Assembly: GCA_963752155.1 (NCBI GenBank) | Contig: CAVVXH010000006.1 | Location: 217,809-281,808 of the forward strand | Source: an uncultured Parachlamydiaceae bacterium | GTDB taxonomy: Bacteria > Chlamydiota > Chlamydiia > Chlamydiales > Parachlamydiaceae | Direction: 5' to 3' | Length of the DNA: 64,000 nucleotides | Part shown: positions 18,901-28,004 of the stretch, piece after piece | How the letters are laid out: the number at the start of each line of letters is the position of its first letter | How positions within the stretch are numbered: the first letter of the stretch is position 1 | Made by a program: the position numbers and the translations under genes | The notes under the pieces: generated by a model | The model's input: the letters and a program-made list of their open reading frames with translations, nothing else | What the model was told of the DNA's origin: nothing | Database searches by the model: none

Positions 18901-20313
18901 ATGGATTTTTTTGGACGAGAATCAGAGCTTGAAGCCCTTAGACGACATAAAAGAAAACGAATAGCTAGTTTGATTGTTATTCGTGGAAGACGCCGCATCG
19001 GAAAAAGTCGTTTAATTGAAGAGTTTGCCAAAGAATTTCCAAGAGCCTATATTTTTTCAGGATTGCCTCCAGAAGCTAAAGTAAGTGAAGAGATCCAAAG
19101 ACAAGAATTTATATCTCAAATGAAACAACAAGGAATTCCAACGATTGGAAAAGACAACTGGAGCGATCTTTTTTTCCATTTAGCCAATCATTGTCAATCA
19201 GGATCTGTATTAATTGCCTTGGATGAAATTACATGGATGGGATCAGAAGATCCTGCCTTCTTAGGAAAACTAAAGAATGCCTGGGATCTCCATTTTAAGA
19301 AAAATCTCGAGCTCATGTTAATCGTATCCGGATCAAATTCGTTATGGATCGAAAAAAATATTCTCAGCAGCACAGGATTCGTCGGTCGAATCTCTTATCG
19401 TTTAAAATTAGAAGAACTCTCATTAAGTGTGTGTAAGAATTTTTTTGGACCACACATTTCAGCTTATGAAATTTTTAAAGTTTTATCCGTTACAGGAGGC
19501 ATTCCTCGGTATTTGGAGGAAATACAACCGGAACTTTCTGCTGAAAAAAATATATCCAATCTTTGTTTTGATAAAGGAGGATTGCTTTTCAACGAATTTA
19601 ATCAAATTTTTTCGACACTGTTTTCCCACCGTGCCGAAACCTATGCATTGCTTCTTGAAGCAATGAAAGATGGATCTAAATCCTTAAAAGAATTAGCAAG
19701 CTTTCTTGAACGACAACCTGGAGGAGATTTGCTTTATTACTTGCAAGAACTCATTGAGGCAGGATTTGTTCAAAGATATCGGCAATGGCACTTGTCTGAT
19801 CCAAAGAAAGGCGAGATATATCGATTTCGTATTTCTGACAACTATTCTAGATTTTATTTAAAATTCATTGCTCCGAGACAAAGTCAGATTAAAGACAGTG
19901 AAGAAAGCAAATTGCCTTTAGGATGGCTCTCCATTATGGGACTGCAATTTGAAACTTTGGTTATCAATCATTATATAGAGTTGTATCGAGTCCTTGGAAT
20001 ACCACCTAGTGAAGTTATATCGAGTGGTCCTTTTTTTCAAACATCAACAAAGCAACGAGAAGGTTGTCAAATTGATTATCTAGTGCAAACAAAATTTGAT
20101 TCTCTCTATCTTTGCGAAATTAAATTTTCAAAAAATGAATTAGGCGTTGGAGTTATTGATGAAGTACGTGAAAAGGTGCGAAAGTTAGTTCGCCCTTCCG
20201 GAATGTCCATTCGACCAGTATTAATTCATGTGAACGGCGTAACAGATGAACTACTTGAAAAAGAATATTTTGCTCATATTGTCAATTTTTCTGATCTTTT
20301 ATCACTCCATTAG
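18901..20313 (+). CDS. AAA ATPase (archaeal-ATPase-like, with DUF234-type C-terminus)
   Basis: FFGRESELEAL...GRRRIGKS Walker A, LIALDEI Walker B, and a C-terminal CEIKFSKNELGVGVIDEV module. Confidence 0.72.
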   Translation: MDFFGRESELEALRRHKRKRIASLIVIRGRRRIGKSRLIEEFAKEFPRAYIFSGLPPEAKVSEEIQRQEFISQMKQQGIPTIGKDNWSDLFFHLANHCQSGSVLIALDEITWMGSEDPAFLGKLKNAWDLHFKKNLELMLIVSGSNSLWIEKNILSSTGFVGRISYRLKLEELSLSVCKNFFGPHISAYEIFKVLSVTGGIPRYLEEIQPELSAEKNISNLCFDKGGLLFNEFNQIFSTLFSHRAETYALLLEAMKDGSKSLKELASFLERQPGGDLLYYLQELIEAGFVQRYRQWHLSDPKKGEIYRFRISDNYSRFYLKFIAPRQSQIKDSEESKLPLGWLSIMGLQFETLVINHYIELYRVLGIPPSEVISSGPFFQTSTKQREGCQIDYLVQTKFDSLYLCEIKFSKNELGVGVIDEVREKVRKLVRPSGMSIRPVLIHVNGVTDELLEKEYFAHIVNFSDLLSLH

Positions 20314-21628
20314 CACAGATATCACCTAACAAGGTTTGATTGCTATAGCTATGGATGTGAATATTTTGAACTGTGCCAATCAAGGAAGCATCCCCAGGAA
20401 ACAAGACATTTTTCCAACAACGTGTTCGCCCTTTAAGAAGCGCAGCATTCTTGAAATTTTGCTTTTCAACCAATACCTCTGTAGAAGTCCCTAAGAAAGC
20501 CACTCTTTTTTTATTCGAAACAATATCTTGTGCCTTTGTCAAGCGCACCAAACGGTCATCTTTAACCTCTTGAGGAATGTCATCGACCCAACGCATTGCT
20601 GGAGTCCCCTTTCGCGGACTATAGGTGAAAAGAAAGGCTGTATCGTATTCAACTTGTTCGATATATTTCAACGTCTGACAGAATTCCTCTTCAGTTTCCG
20701 TAGGAAAACCTACGATGATATCCGTACCAAGAGCTACTCCAGGGACAATCTCGCGTAACATCGCAACTTTTTCCATGTACTGATCCACGGTGTAGATGCG
20801 ATGCATTTTTTTTAAAATCCTATCAGAACCAGCCTGTAAAGGGAAATGAACAAATTCACACAAACTTTTTAAGTCACGAATAGCCTCCATGAGCTCACGA
20901 GTAATGTCGACCGGATGGCTAGTCATAAATCTTACTCGTTCAATTCCCTCAATTGCGTCGACTTGATAAAGTAAATCGTGAAATAACGTTTTCCATTCAG
21001 GTTTATCTTTTCCGTAGCTGTTGACGTTTTGTCCAAGTAATGTAATCTCTTTATAGCCTTGCGATGCTAAATGTTTGCATTCTTCAATAATATTCTCAGG
21101 AGCTCTAGAAACTTCAGGGCCACGGGTGTAAGGAACAACACAATAGGTGCAAAATTTATCGCAGCCCCGAATGATCGAAACATAGGCGGTCACTTTATCT
21201 TCCCGTTTAGCTCCGATGTAATCGAGTTCATGGACAAATTGATCATCCGTGCGAATCGTTAATTTTCCTGTAGAAAGCACCTCATCGAGGACGCTATTGA
21301 GATCATGAATATTATTTGTTCCGAGAACAAAGTCTACTCGGGGAAGTTTTTGGAAGAGCGTTTCTTTTTTAGCATTGGCCATGCACCCTGTTACACCTAT
21401 CACTACATCTTTACGCAAGTCATGACCTAAACGCCCTAATTTTCCCATCGCCTTGCGTTCTGCCAGATCTCGAATGGAGCACGTATTGAAAATCAGGAGG
21501 TCAGCTGCATATTCATCATCTGTGCGTGTAAGTCCACGTTGAATGAGCTGACCGACCATGATTTCAGTATCGAGCTCATTCATTTGACAGCCATATGTTT
21601 TTACGAAAAAAGTTTGAAGACGGCGCAT
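20282..21628 (-). CDS. miaB: tRNA-i6A37 methylthiotransferase
   Basis: N-terminal FVKTYGCQMN, radical-SAM CDKFCTYC, C-terminal TRAM region. Confidence 0.9.
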   Translation of the reverse strand: MRRLQTFFVKTYGCQMNELDTEIMVGQLIQRGLTRTDDEYAADLLIFNTCSIRDLAERKAMGKLGRLGHDLRKDVVIGVTGCMANAKKETLFQKLPRVDFVLGTNNIHDLNSVLDEVLSTGKLTIRTDDQFVHELDYIGAKREDKVTAYVSIIRGCDKFCTYCVVPYTRGPEVSRAPENIIEECKHLASQGYKEITLLGQNVNSYGKDKPEWKTLFHDLLYQVDAIEGIERVRFMTSHPVDITRELMEAIRDLKSLCEFVHFPLQAGSDRILKKMHRIYTVDQYMEKVAMLREIVPGVALGTDIIVGFPTETEEEFCQTLKYIEQVEYDTAFLFTYSPRKGTPAMRWVDDIPQEVKDDRLVRLTKAQDIVSNKKRVAFLGTSTEVLVEKQNFKNAALLKGRTRCWKNVLFPGDASLIGTVQNIHIHSYSNQTLLGDICANGVIKDQKN

Positions 21629-21785
21629 AAATTAATTCCTGTGCTAGGTGACGAAAGAGATAAAGCCAATTTTATCAGAAACAACCTTCTCATGCAAGGT
21701 TATTGCTAAGCCCTTTTGAAGAAGAAATTCAAAAAAGGCCATTTTTTTGTTGGCAAAAAGTGTACAAACACATATGATAAGCATT

Positions 21786-21950
21786 TAAGGGATTGGGCAA
21801 TAACAACTTGTGCGATTGGGCAACGCGAAAGCTCCCGTGGTTGAACGATCGAAAGTGACCCAATATTATAATATGGGGTCACTTTCGATCGTTCAACCAC
21901 GGGGCTTTGGCGCAGCCGAATCGTGCAAGTTATTTTTACCCAGTCCCTAA
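21786..21950. repeat. Family C palindrome (long form with a second palindrome nested in its loop)
   Basis: Outer arms TTAAGGGATTGGGCAATAACAACTTG / CAAGTTATTTTTACCCAGTCCCTAAG. Inner arms GCTCCCGTGGTTGAACGATCGAAAGTGACCC / GGGGTCACTTTCGATCGTTCAACCACGGGGC. Confidence 0.85.
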
Positions 21951-21978
21951 GACTCAATTGATTTATAGGATTGAAGAA

Positions 21979-22422
21979 ATGCCAGAACAAAAAAATAAAA
22001 CATTTACGCTGAAAACAGCGGATGCAAAGCCTACTTGGTTCCTCCTAGATGCAGCAGGAAAGACTTTAGGTCGCTTGGCATGCGAAATTGCTAAGATCCT
22101 AAGGGGCAAGCACAAACCTACTTTTACCTACAATATCGATGGTGGTGATGGTGTGATTGTGATTAATGCCGAAAAGATTCATGTTAGCGGATCTAAAGAA
22201 GCACAAAAAAATTACCGATATTATACCGGCCACATTGGTGGATTGCGTGAAGTCCCTTACCGCGTCATGCAGAAGCGTAAGCCTGAGTATATTATTGAAC
22301 ACGCAGTGAGCGGCATGATGCCCAAGACTCGCCTAGGAAGAGCGCAATTGAAAAAGCTGCGCATTTATGCTGGTGAAGAGCATGAACAGGGTGCGCAAAG
22401 ACCCCAAGTGGCTAATATTTAA
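21979..22422 (+). CDS. rplM: 50S ribosomal protein L13
   Basis: WFLLDAAGKTLGRLA...LRGKHKPTF...GDGVIVINAEK. Start moved to ATG 21979; the track start 21907 lies inside the family C repeat. Confidence 0.9.
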   Translation: MPEQKNKTFTLKTADAKPTWFLLDAAGKTLGRLACEIAKILRGKHKPTFTYNIDGGDGVIVINAEKIHVSGSKEAQKNYRYYTGHIGGLREVPYRVMQKRKPEYIIEHAVSGMMPKTRLGRAQLKKLRIYAGEEHEQGAQRPQVANI

Positions 22423-22441
22423 TTAACGAATAGGGTTAAAC

Positions 22442-22828
22442 ATGGAAGAAAAAGTTGCAACAGGTCGTCGCAAAACAGCTGTGGCCTCACTCCGCCTAAG
22501 GCCTGGAAGTGGCAATGTCAAAATTAATGGCAAAGGATTCGAAGTCTATTTTCCAAATGAACTTCATCGTAAAGTTGTACTCTCCCCTTTTGCAAAATTA
22601 GGTGGAAACCAAAAGCACGATATGGTCATTCGTTTGAAAGGGGGCGGGATCGAAGCTCAGGTGATCGCTATACGCTTAAGCGTCGCGCGCGCCCTTTTGC
22701 AAGAAGACGAGACTCTACACCAAGAATTCAAAGCGAACGGATATCTAACGCGAGATCCACGTAAAAAAGAACGTAAGAAATATGGTCTTGCCGGAGCTCG
22801 TAAACGGTTCCAATTCTCTAAACGATAA
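22442..22828 (+). CDS. rpsI: 30S ribosomal protein S9
   Basis: GRRKTAVA...GGG..AQ...ARAL...LTRDPRKKERKKYG...ARKRFQFSKR. Confidence 0.93.
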   Translation: MEEKVATGRRKTAVASLRLRPGSGNVKINGKGFEVYFPNELHRKVVLSPFAKLGGNQKHDMVIRLKGGGIEAQVIAIRLSVARALLQEDETLHQEFKANGYLTRDPRKKERKKYGLAGARKRFQFSKR

Positions 22829-22857
22829 CCATTTATTTCACGAAACGTACGAAATAT

Positions 22858-22912
22858 TAAAAAGCCATCCACTGAGGCTCGCTAAACGAGCGCCCAATGG
22901 ATGGCTTTTCAT
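22858..22912. terminator. Candidate bidirectional intrinsic terminator between rpsI and the Sel1 gene
   Basis: 12-bp stem AAAAGCCATCCA / TGGATGGCTTTT with A and T runs on either side and an inner GCTCG/CGAGC stem. Confidence 0.55.
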
Positions 22913-22929
22913 TGAATTATTTTGAGTTC

Positions 22930-25794
22930 TTAAGATATAACGCAGTTGTCAACAGGTTGATTTTCCTGACGAATACCTCGAGCCTCCAAAGCTTTCTGCA
23001 GAGCAAGTACATCGCGCATAATACTTTGTTTGGCAGCCAGTTCAGCATTAATGAGTGATTGGTTCCCACTTGAGCAAGCTTTCTCAAAACTGATCCTTGC
23101 AGCTTGGAGCTTTTGATTTGCAACTACTAACCTCGTTTGAAGGTCCAAAGTTGAGACTGCTGCTAAGCTCGAATCATGTGAAGTAGCAGCCGCTACCATT
23201 CTTCCAAATCCTACAAAAGGACTCGTTGGTTGATCAACTTTTCGAGGTTGTTTTTTTTGCGTAGCTAAGAATTCAATTGCATCCTCATACCCTTGATCGG
23301 CAGCCTTTTGGTACCATTTGAGTGACTTTTGCACATTCCTTTGACATCCCATTCCTTCGTAAAAACATTGAGCTACTTCATATTGAGCCACAGCATCCCC
23401 CGCTTTCGCCCCTTCTTTAAATAATTGGAAAGCTAAACGATTATTTTGTCTACATCCGCTCCCCTCTTGATAACAATAAGCCAGATCTATTTTTGCTGCG
23501 ATATGTCCATCTTTGGCCAATTCTTCATACATTTTAAAAGCAAGTGTTTCGTCAGGATCACATCCTATTCCATCACAATAACAATTTGCAAGTTCATATT
23601 TTGCCTCTAAATAAACGGGTGAAATGCGTTGTAAAATAGACACACCTTTTGCTTCATTTTCATCGCAACCAGTCCCTCTAAGATAGCAAAGAGCCAATTG
23701 ATATTGCGCTGCCGGAAAATCAGATTGATCTAACTTTGTTAGAAGTTCAAAAGCTTTAACCTCGTCTATATCACAGCCTGAACCTTCGAGATAGCACATG
23801 GCTAGTTCAAATTGAGCCTCTAAATAATCGGGTGAAATGCGTTGTAAAATAGACACCCCTTTTGCTTCATTTTCATCGCAACCAGTGCCGTTGAGATGGC
23901 AAAGAGCCAATTGATATTGTGCTGCCGCAAAATCAGGTTGATCTAACTTTGTTAGAAGTTCAAAAGCTTTAACCTCGTCTATTTCACAGCCTGAACCTTC
24001 GAGATAGCAGATAGCTAGTTCAAATTGAGCCTCTAAATAATCGGGTGAAATGCGTTGTAAAATAGACACCCCTTTTGCTTCATTTTCATCGCAACCAGTG
24101 CCGTTGAGATGGCAAAGAGCCAATTGATATTGCGCTGCCGGAAAATCGGGTTGATCTAACTTTGTTAGAAGTTCAAAAGCTTTAACCTTGTCTATACCGC
24201 AACCTGAACCTTCAAGATAGCACATGGCTAGTTCAAGTTGAGCCTCTAAATAATCGGGTGAAATGCGTTGTAAAATAGACACCCCTTTTGCTTCATTTTC
24301 ATCGCAACCAGTGCCGTTGAGATGGCAAAGAGCCAATTGATATTGTGCTGCCGGAAAATCGGGTTGATCTAACTTTGTTAGAAGTTCAAAAGCTTTAACC
24401 TTGTCTATACCGCAACCTGAACCATTGAGATAACACATAGCTAATTCAAATTGAGCATCTAAATAATCGGGTAAAATGCGTTGTAAAATAAAAAATCCCT
24501 TTGCTTCATTTTTATCGCAACCAGTGCCGTTGAGATGGCAAAGAGCCAATTCAAACTCTGCTGCCGGAAAATCAAACGCTATCTCCGTTAAAAGTTCAAA
24601 AGCTTTTACCTTATTAATATCGCAACCAGTACCATTTAAAAGACACTTAGCTAATGTAAATTGAGCATCCTTGAACTCTTCCAAGTCAGGGTTTAATAAC
24701 AATGCAAATCCCTTATCTACATCTTGGTTGCATCCCGTTCCATCTAGATAACATAAGGCCAGATGATAATAGGAATAAGAGTTGCCATTCTCAGCATCGA
24801 GTTCAAAAAGTTTAAAAGCTTTGGCTTCATCTTTTTCACAACCAGTGCCATTTAAATAACATAAAGCTAAATTATAATTGGCTTCTTTTTTGCCTTTCGC
24901 AGCAACAAATTCAAAATGTTTAAATGCTTGAACCTCATCTATTTTACAACCTAGTCCACAAACCTGACATAAAGCTAATCCATACAAAGCATCTATTTTT
25001 ACAGCAAAATTATCTGATTCTGCTGCAATACTAAAATGCTTCTTCGCAATCTTAAGATTTTTCTGAAAGCAAAACTCAGCTACATCTAGATGACAATCTA
25101 AATTGTCTGCTTTTAATCTTTCAAATAAGCTTACAAGGTGTCCTGGGATTAAAAAATTAAAAGTAGAACTAAGCATTACTAAAGGTACAAATTGATTTAA
25201 ATCTTCATCATAAAGATACAAAAAAATATTAGAAATTGGTTTTCTTGTTAATGGATTCAAAGGACAAAATGGATCATTTTTAATTAATTCATATAGACTG
25301 CAACCGTCTAAAGGATATAAATGAGTGGAGTCAGTGTCATTGATAAGAGCCAAAAGATAGGGCAGTTTATTACTTTTTTTATCTTCCATGAGTTCTTTAA
25401 AACTTATTTGAGCGATCATATCAATTTCATCTACATCAATTTTTGCCTTAGACAATAGAAATTTACCGCAAATCTCGCCCAAATTGATTTTAATATAGCT
25501 CTTATTATCATCAGAAGGTTCTGAATTTGATATTTCGTTCCCTTTTAAAACGAAAATTTGTTTCTCTGAGTTAAATAAAAAATGGAAAATCTTCACTTTA
25601 GGATACAATTCTGCAATGTCAACACTTTCTTGAATCGTCATAGGAAATAGGTCTAACGAGAACTCAGTCAGTTTAACTAAAGCAAACTCCTGTGTTTTCT
25701 GATCTTTAGGGGAAATGATTTTTGCCTTAGAGACTTGAAGCGGAATAAATAAGCTTTTTGCATCTACTTTTCTAGAAAATGTATTGTCTATCAT
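22930..25794 (-). CDS. Sel1/TPR-like repeat protein (954 aa) with a distinct N-terminal domain and a C-terminal coiled coil
   Basis: More than 15 Sel1-type units (A.YxLAxCYxxGxGC..D..KAF). AAGGAG SD upstream. Confidence 0.88.
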   Translation of the reverse strand: MIDNTFSRKVDAKSLFIPLQVSKAKIISPKDQKTQEFALVKLTEFSLDLFPMTIQESVDIAELYPKVKIFHFLFNSEKQIFVLKGNEISNSEPSDDNKSYIKINLGEICGKFLLSKAKIDVDEIDMIAQISFKELMEDKKSNKLPYLLALINDTDSTHLYPLDGCSLYELIKNDPFCPLNPLTRKPISNIFLYLYDEDLNQFVPLVMLSSTFNFLIPGHLVSLFERLKADNLDCHLDVAEFCFQKNLKIAKKHFSIAAESDNFAVKIDALYGLALCQVCGLGCKIDEVQAFKHFEFVAAKGKKEANYNLALCYLNGTGCEKDEAKAFKLFELDAENGNSYSYYHLALCYLDGTGCNQDVDKGFALLLNPDLEEFKDAQFTLAKCLLNGTGCDINKVKAFELLTEIAFDFPAAEFELALCHLNGTGCDKNEAKGFFILQRILPDYLDAQFELAMCYLNGSGCGIDKVKAFELLTKLDQPDFPAAQYQLALCHLNGTGCDENEAKGVSILQRISPDYLEAQLELAMCYLEGSGCGIDKVKAFELLTKLDQPDFPAAQYQLALCHLNGTGCDENEAKGVSILQRISPDYLEAQFELAICYLEGSGCEIDEVKAFELLTKLDQPDFAAAQYQLALCHLNGTGCDENEAKGVSILQRISPDYLEAQFELAMCYLEGSGCDIDEVKAFELLTKLDQSDFPAAQYQLALCYLRGTGCDENEAKGVSILQRISPVYLEAKYELANCYCDGIGCDPDETLAFKMYEELAKDGHIAAKIDLAYCYQEGSGCRQNNRLAFQLFKEGAKAGDAVAQYEVAQCFYEGMGCQRNVQKSLKWYQKAADQGYEDAIEFLATQKKQPRKVDQPTSPFVGFGRMVAAATSHDSSLAAVSTLDLQTRLVVANQKLQAARISFEKACSSGNQSLINAELAAKQSIMRDVLALQKALEARGIRQENQPVDNCVIS
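23590..24480 (-). repeat. Near-identical 213-bp (71-aa) tandem repeats inside the Sel1 gene, about 4 units
   Basis: The landmark GAAATGCGTTGTAAAATAGACAC recurs at 23621, 23834, 24047 and 24260, with a diverged copy at ~24473. The period is exactly 213 nt. Confidence 0.9.
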
Positions 25795-25860
25795 TTAAAA
25801 ATCTCCTTTAATTGTTTTATGATTTCATTTAGAATAGCAAATGATTGGTTTAATTGAAAA

Positions 25861-25925
25861 GGGTATTTTTTACGGGTATTTTTTAAGGATATTTTTTAAG
25901 GATATTTTTTAAGGATATTTTTTAC
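25861..25925. repeat. 13-bp tandem repeat x5 upstream of the Sel1 gene
   Basis: GGGTATTTTTTAC GGGTATTTTTTAA GGATATTTTTTAA GGATATTTTTTAA GGATATTTTTTAC. Confidence 0.85.
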
Positions 25926-26012
25926 GTATTTAACATCTAAAAAAAAGTATAATTATAAGCAGGGAAAAGAATACCGAGTATACAGCTTGACACGTTCTGT
26001 TGCTACTGTAGA

Positions 26013-26305
26013 TCAACGGTATAAACGATAAAAACGATAAAAACGATAAAAACGATAAGAACGATAAAAACGATAAGAACGATAAAAACGATAAAAACGA
26101 TAAGAACGATAAGAACGATAAGAACGATAAGAACGATAGGAAAGCTAGGACGGTCCAAAAGTCTCCCCAAACTCCCTCATGACCTCGCGCTCATGGCCTC
26201 AAGACAACAGTTTCGAATGGCGCCTGTCAATTCATTGTTCCTATCGTTCTTATCGTTCTTATCGTTCCTATCGTTCTTATCGTTCCTATCGTTCTTATCG
26301 TTGAT
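26013..26305. repeat. Inverted arrays of 9-bp tandem repeats around a ~95-bp core
   Basis: Left: about 14 units of (A)ACGATAA(A/G)A. Right: about 7 units of the complement TTCTTATCG / TTCCTATCG. A unique GC-richer core lies at 26141-26237. Confidence 0.9.
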
Positions 26306-26460
26306 TACGTCTACATAAAAAAAGCATATCCAGACAACACATCGTGGTTTCATCTACAAAAAAATCCAACCTCCACTTTATGAGAAGTCACAAAAAAAAT
26401 TTGAAGTTAATTACACGGAGGTGGCAAGCCCAAGCCATCCGCCCCCAAAAAACTATTTCG

Positions 26461-27477
26461 TTATTTCTTTGCCCATTCCTTCATGAGTTCTTGGTGATAT
26501 TTCTGCACTTTTTTTGTGTCATATTTTAAATTCCTAATAGAATGGCGCAATTCTTTTTCGTAAGATTCAATCTTCTTCTTGTCCTCCATCCCCCATCTCT
26601 TGATGCACAGGTGCGAAAATGGATTCAAAGTATACCGATTATTGATTAATAATCGCAATTGATCTGAAATATCACTCGCCCCATTAATGTAATCCGATGA
26701 CATCACTTTCTTAAAATGAGATGAAATCAACTCGTCATCATAACGAAATCCCCCACTCACAGCAGGATAACATATCCTATCAGCAAAAATATAGGCTTCT
26801 TTAGAAGAATCACTCAAATGAGAATTTTCAGAGATCTGAAGTAATATGCCAGCGTCCCCCTCTATCCATTTTGCAAAAATCGCATGAAGTTTTTTCAGAC
26901 TTTTTTTGCTTATTCCCAATTTCTCATAAAATGGGACCAGTTCTTCTACATAATCCACTTCTGTTCTTGACGAATCTGAAGCAAATAAACAAACAGAACA
27001 AGATCTCTTCCTAGTAAAATTTGAATAAATCCCATAATTTAAAGAAAGAAGTTGCCTTGCTCGAAGTTCATCACGATTATTTACTGAACCCTTCCAGTAT
27101 TTTGTAAATTCTTGTATAGAATTTAAATTAAGATCTGAATCCCCAGGAATACGTAAAAATTGAAAATCCTCTCGAATTTGAATAGCTAAAATTTCTTGAA
27201 GAGTCAATTTAATGACATCTTGATAAAATCTAAATTCATGATTAGCTCCGTGATAGCCAATATGTCCCCAATCCTCATTCTTGGCGATCGAGTCAAATAA
27301 GGGAATCATTGTCAATGGGACCTTAAAATGAATCAGTGAGGATTCGATCGAATCCCAAGATTCTCGTGCAATTAACATTTCTGTCGGCCCATAGTAATCA
27401 CTTGTAAGGGGTATCCCAGCAGAAATGGAAAATGTTAAGCATAATGATAATGATGAGGATAAAAAAAATCTTGTCAT
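26461..27477 (-). CDS. Hypothetical secreted protein
   Basis: Start moved to ATG 27477, giving the signal peptide MTRFFLSSSLSLCLTFSISAG. No family recognised. Confidence 0.55.
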   Translation of the reverse strand: MTRFFLSSSLSLCLTFSISAGIPLTSDYYGPTEMLIARESWDSIESSLIHFKVPLTMIPLFDSIAKNEDWGHIGYHGANHEFRFYQDVIKLTLQEILAIQIREDFQFLRIPGDSDLNLNSIQEFTKYWKGSVNNRDELRARQLLSLNYGIYSNFTRKRSCSVCLFASDSSRTEVDYVEELVPFYEKLGISKKSLKKLHAIFAKWIEGDAGILLQISENSHLSDSSKEAYIFADRICYPAVSGGFRYDDELISSHFKKVMSSDYINGASDISDQLRLLINNRYTLNPFSHLCIKRWGMEDKKKIESYEKELRHSIRNLKYDTKKVQKYHQELMKEWAKK

Positions 27478-27746
27478 GTTAAACCTCTTATATATCTTTT
27501 TAATTGTCAGTATGAGTGGCAATTCTCAGAATGTAATGATAGCATTAAATTAAGTCAAGATCATAAAATTATGTTTAAAATTTTATGAAGTAAAATTTTA
27601 TAAAATTATTTTGATAATGTTAAATATTAAATTGAAATGACACTTTCTGAAACATCCCCTATTGAAGGATGAGTTTTAAAAAAATTATTTTGATAAGGTT
27701 AAAAAAATAATTTAACTGATATTTTTGAAAAGACAGAAAAAAATGA

Positions 27747-27910
27747 TATAGATCTTTTCACATGACTTCATAACAAAATTCTAGCAGATTTTGACATAGA
27801 TTGCAGACGAAGAAAACGTGACATACATGGATGTAGGCGCGTTTTCTTCATCCGCAAGATATGTCAAAAGATGCAGAATTTTGTTACGAAGTCATGTGAA
27901 AAGATCTATA
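27747..27910. repeat. Imperfect ~70-bp-arm palindrome upstream of tamA
   Basis: TATAGATCTTTTCACATGACTTCATAACAAAATTCT... / ...AGAATTTTGTTACGAAGTCATGTGAAAAGATCTATA. The fragment TCTTTTCACATGA recurs at ~48768. Confidence 0.75.
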
Positions 27911-28004
27911 ACATCCAAAAAGTGGTGGATCTCCTTATTTTGTTGATTATGCTCATTAACATGACGTATAATGGTGGGTGTGTTTCATTTAGATTGAGAG
28001 AGCG

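Noticed and set aside
21706-21990. ORF 21706..21990 (-) and the long N-terminal extension of rplM (21907 start)
   Set aside because: Both run through the family C palindrome. L13 homology begins at the ATG at 21979.
25100-25350. U-box/RING-like E3 ligase domain in the N-terminus of the Sel1 protein
   Set aside because: Only the segment CPLNPLTRKPIS resembles the C-terminal part of a U-box. The upstream half of the motif is missing or wrongly spaced, so this is kept only as a remark within the Sel1 finding.
26013-26305. Possible CRISPR array (also considered for 25861-25925 and the AAGGAC arrays)
   Set aside because: The repeat units are only 6-13 bp and are contiguous without unique spacers. 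The arrays are mirrored as palindromes, and no cas genes are nearby.
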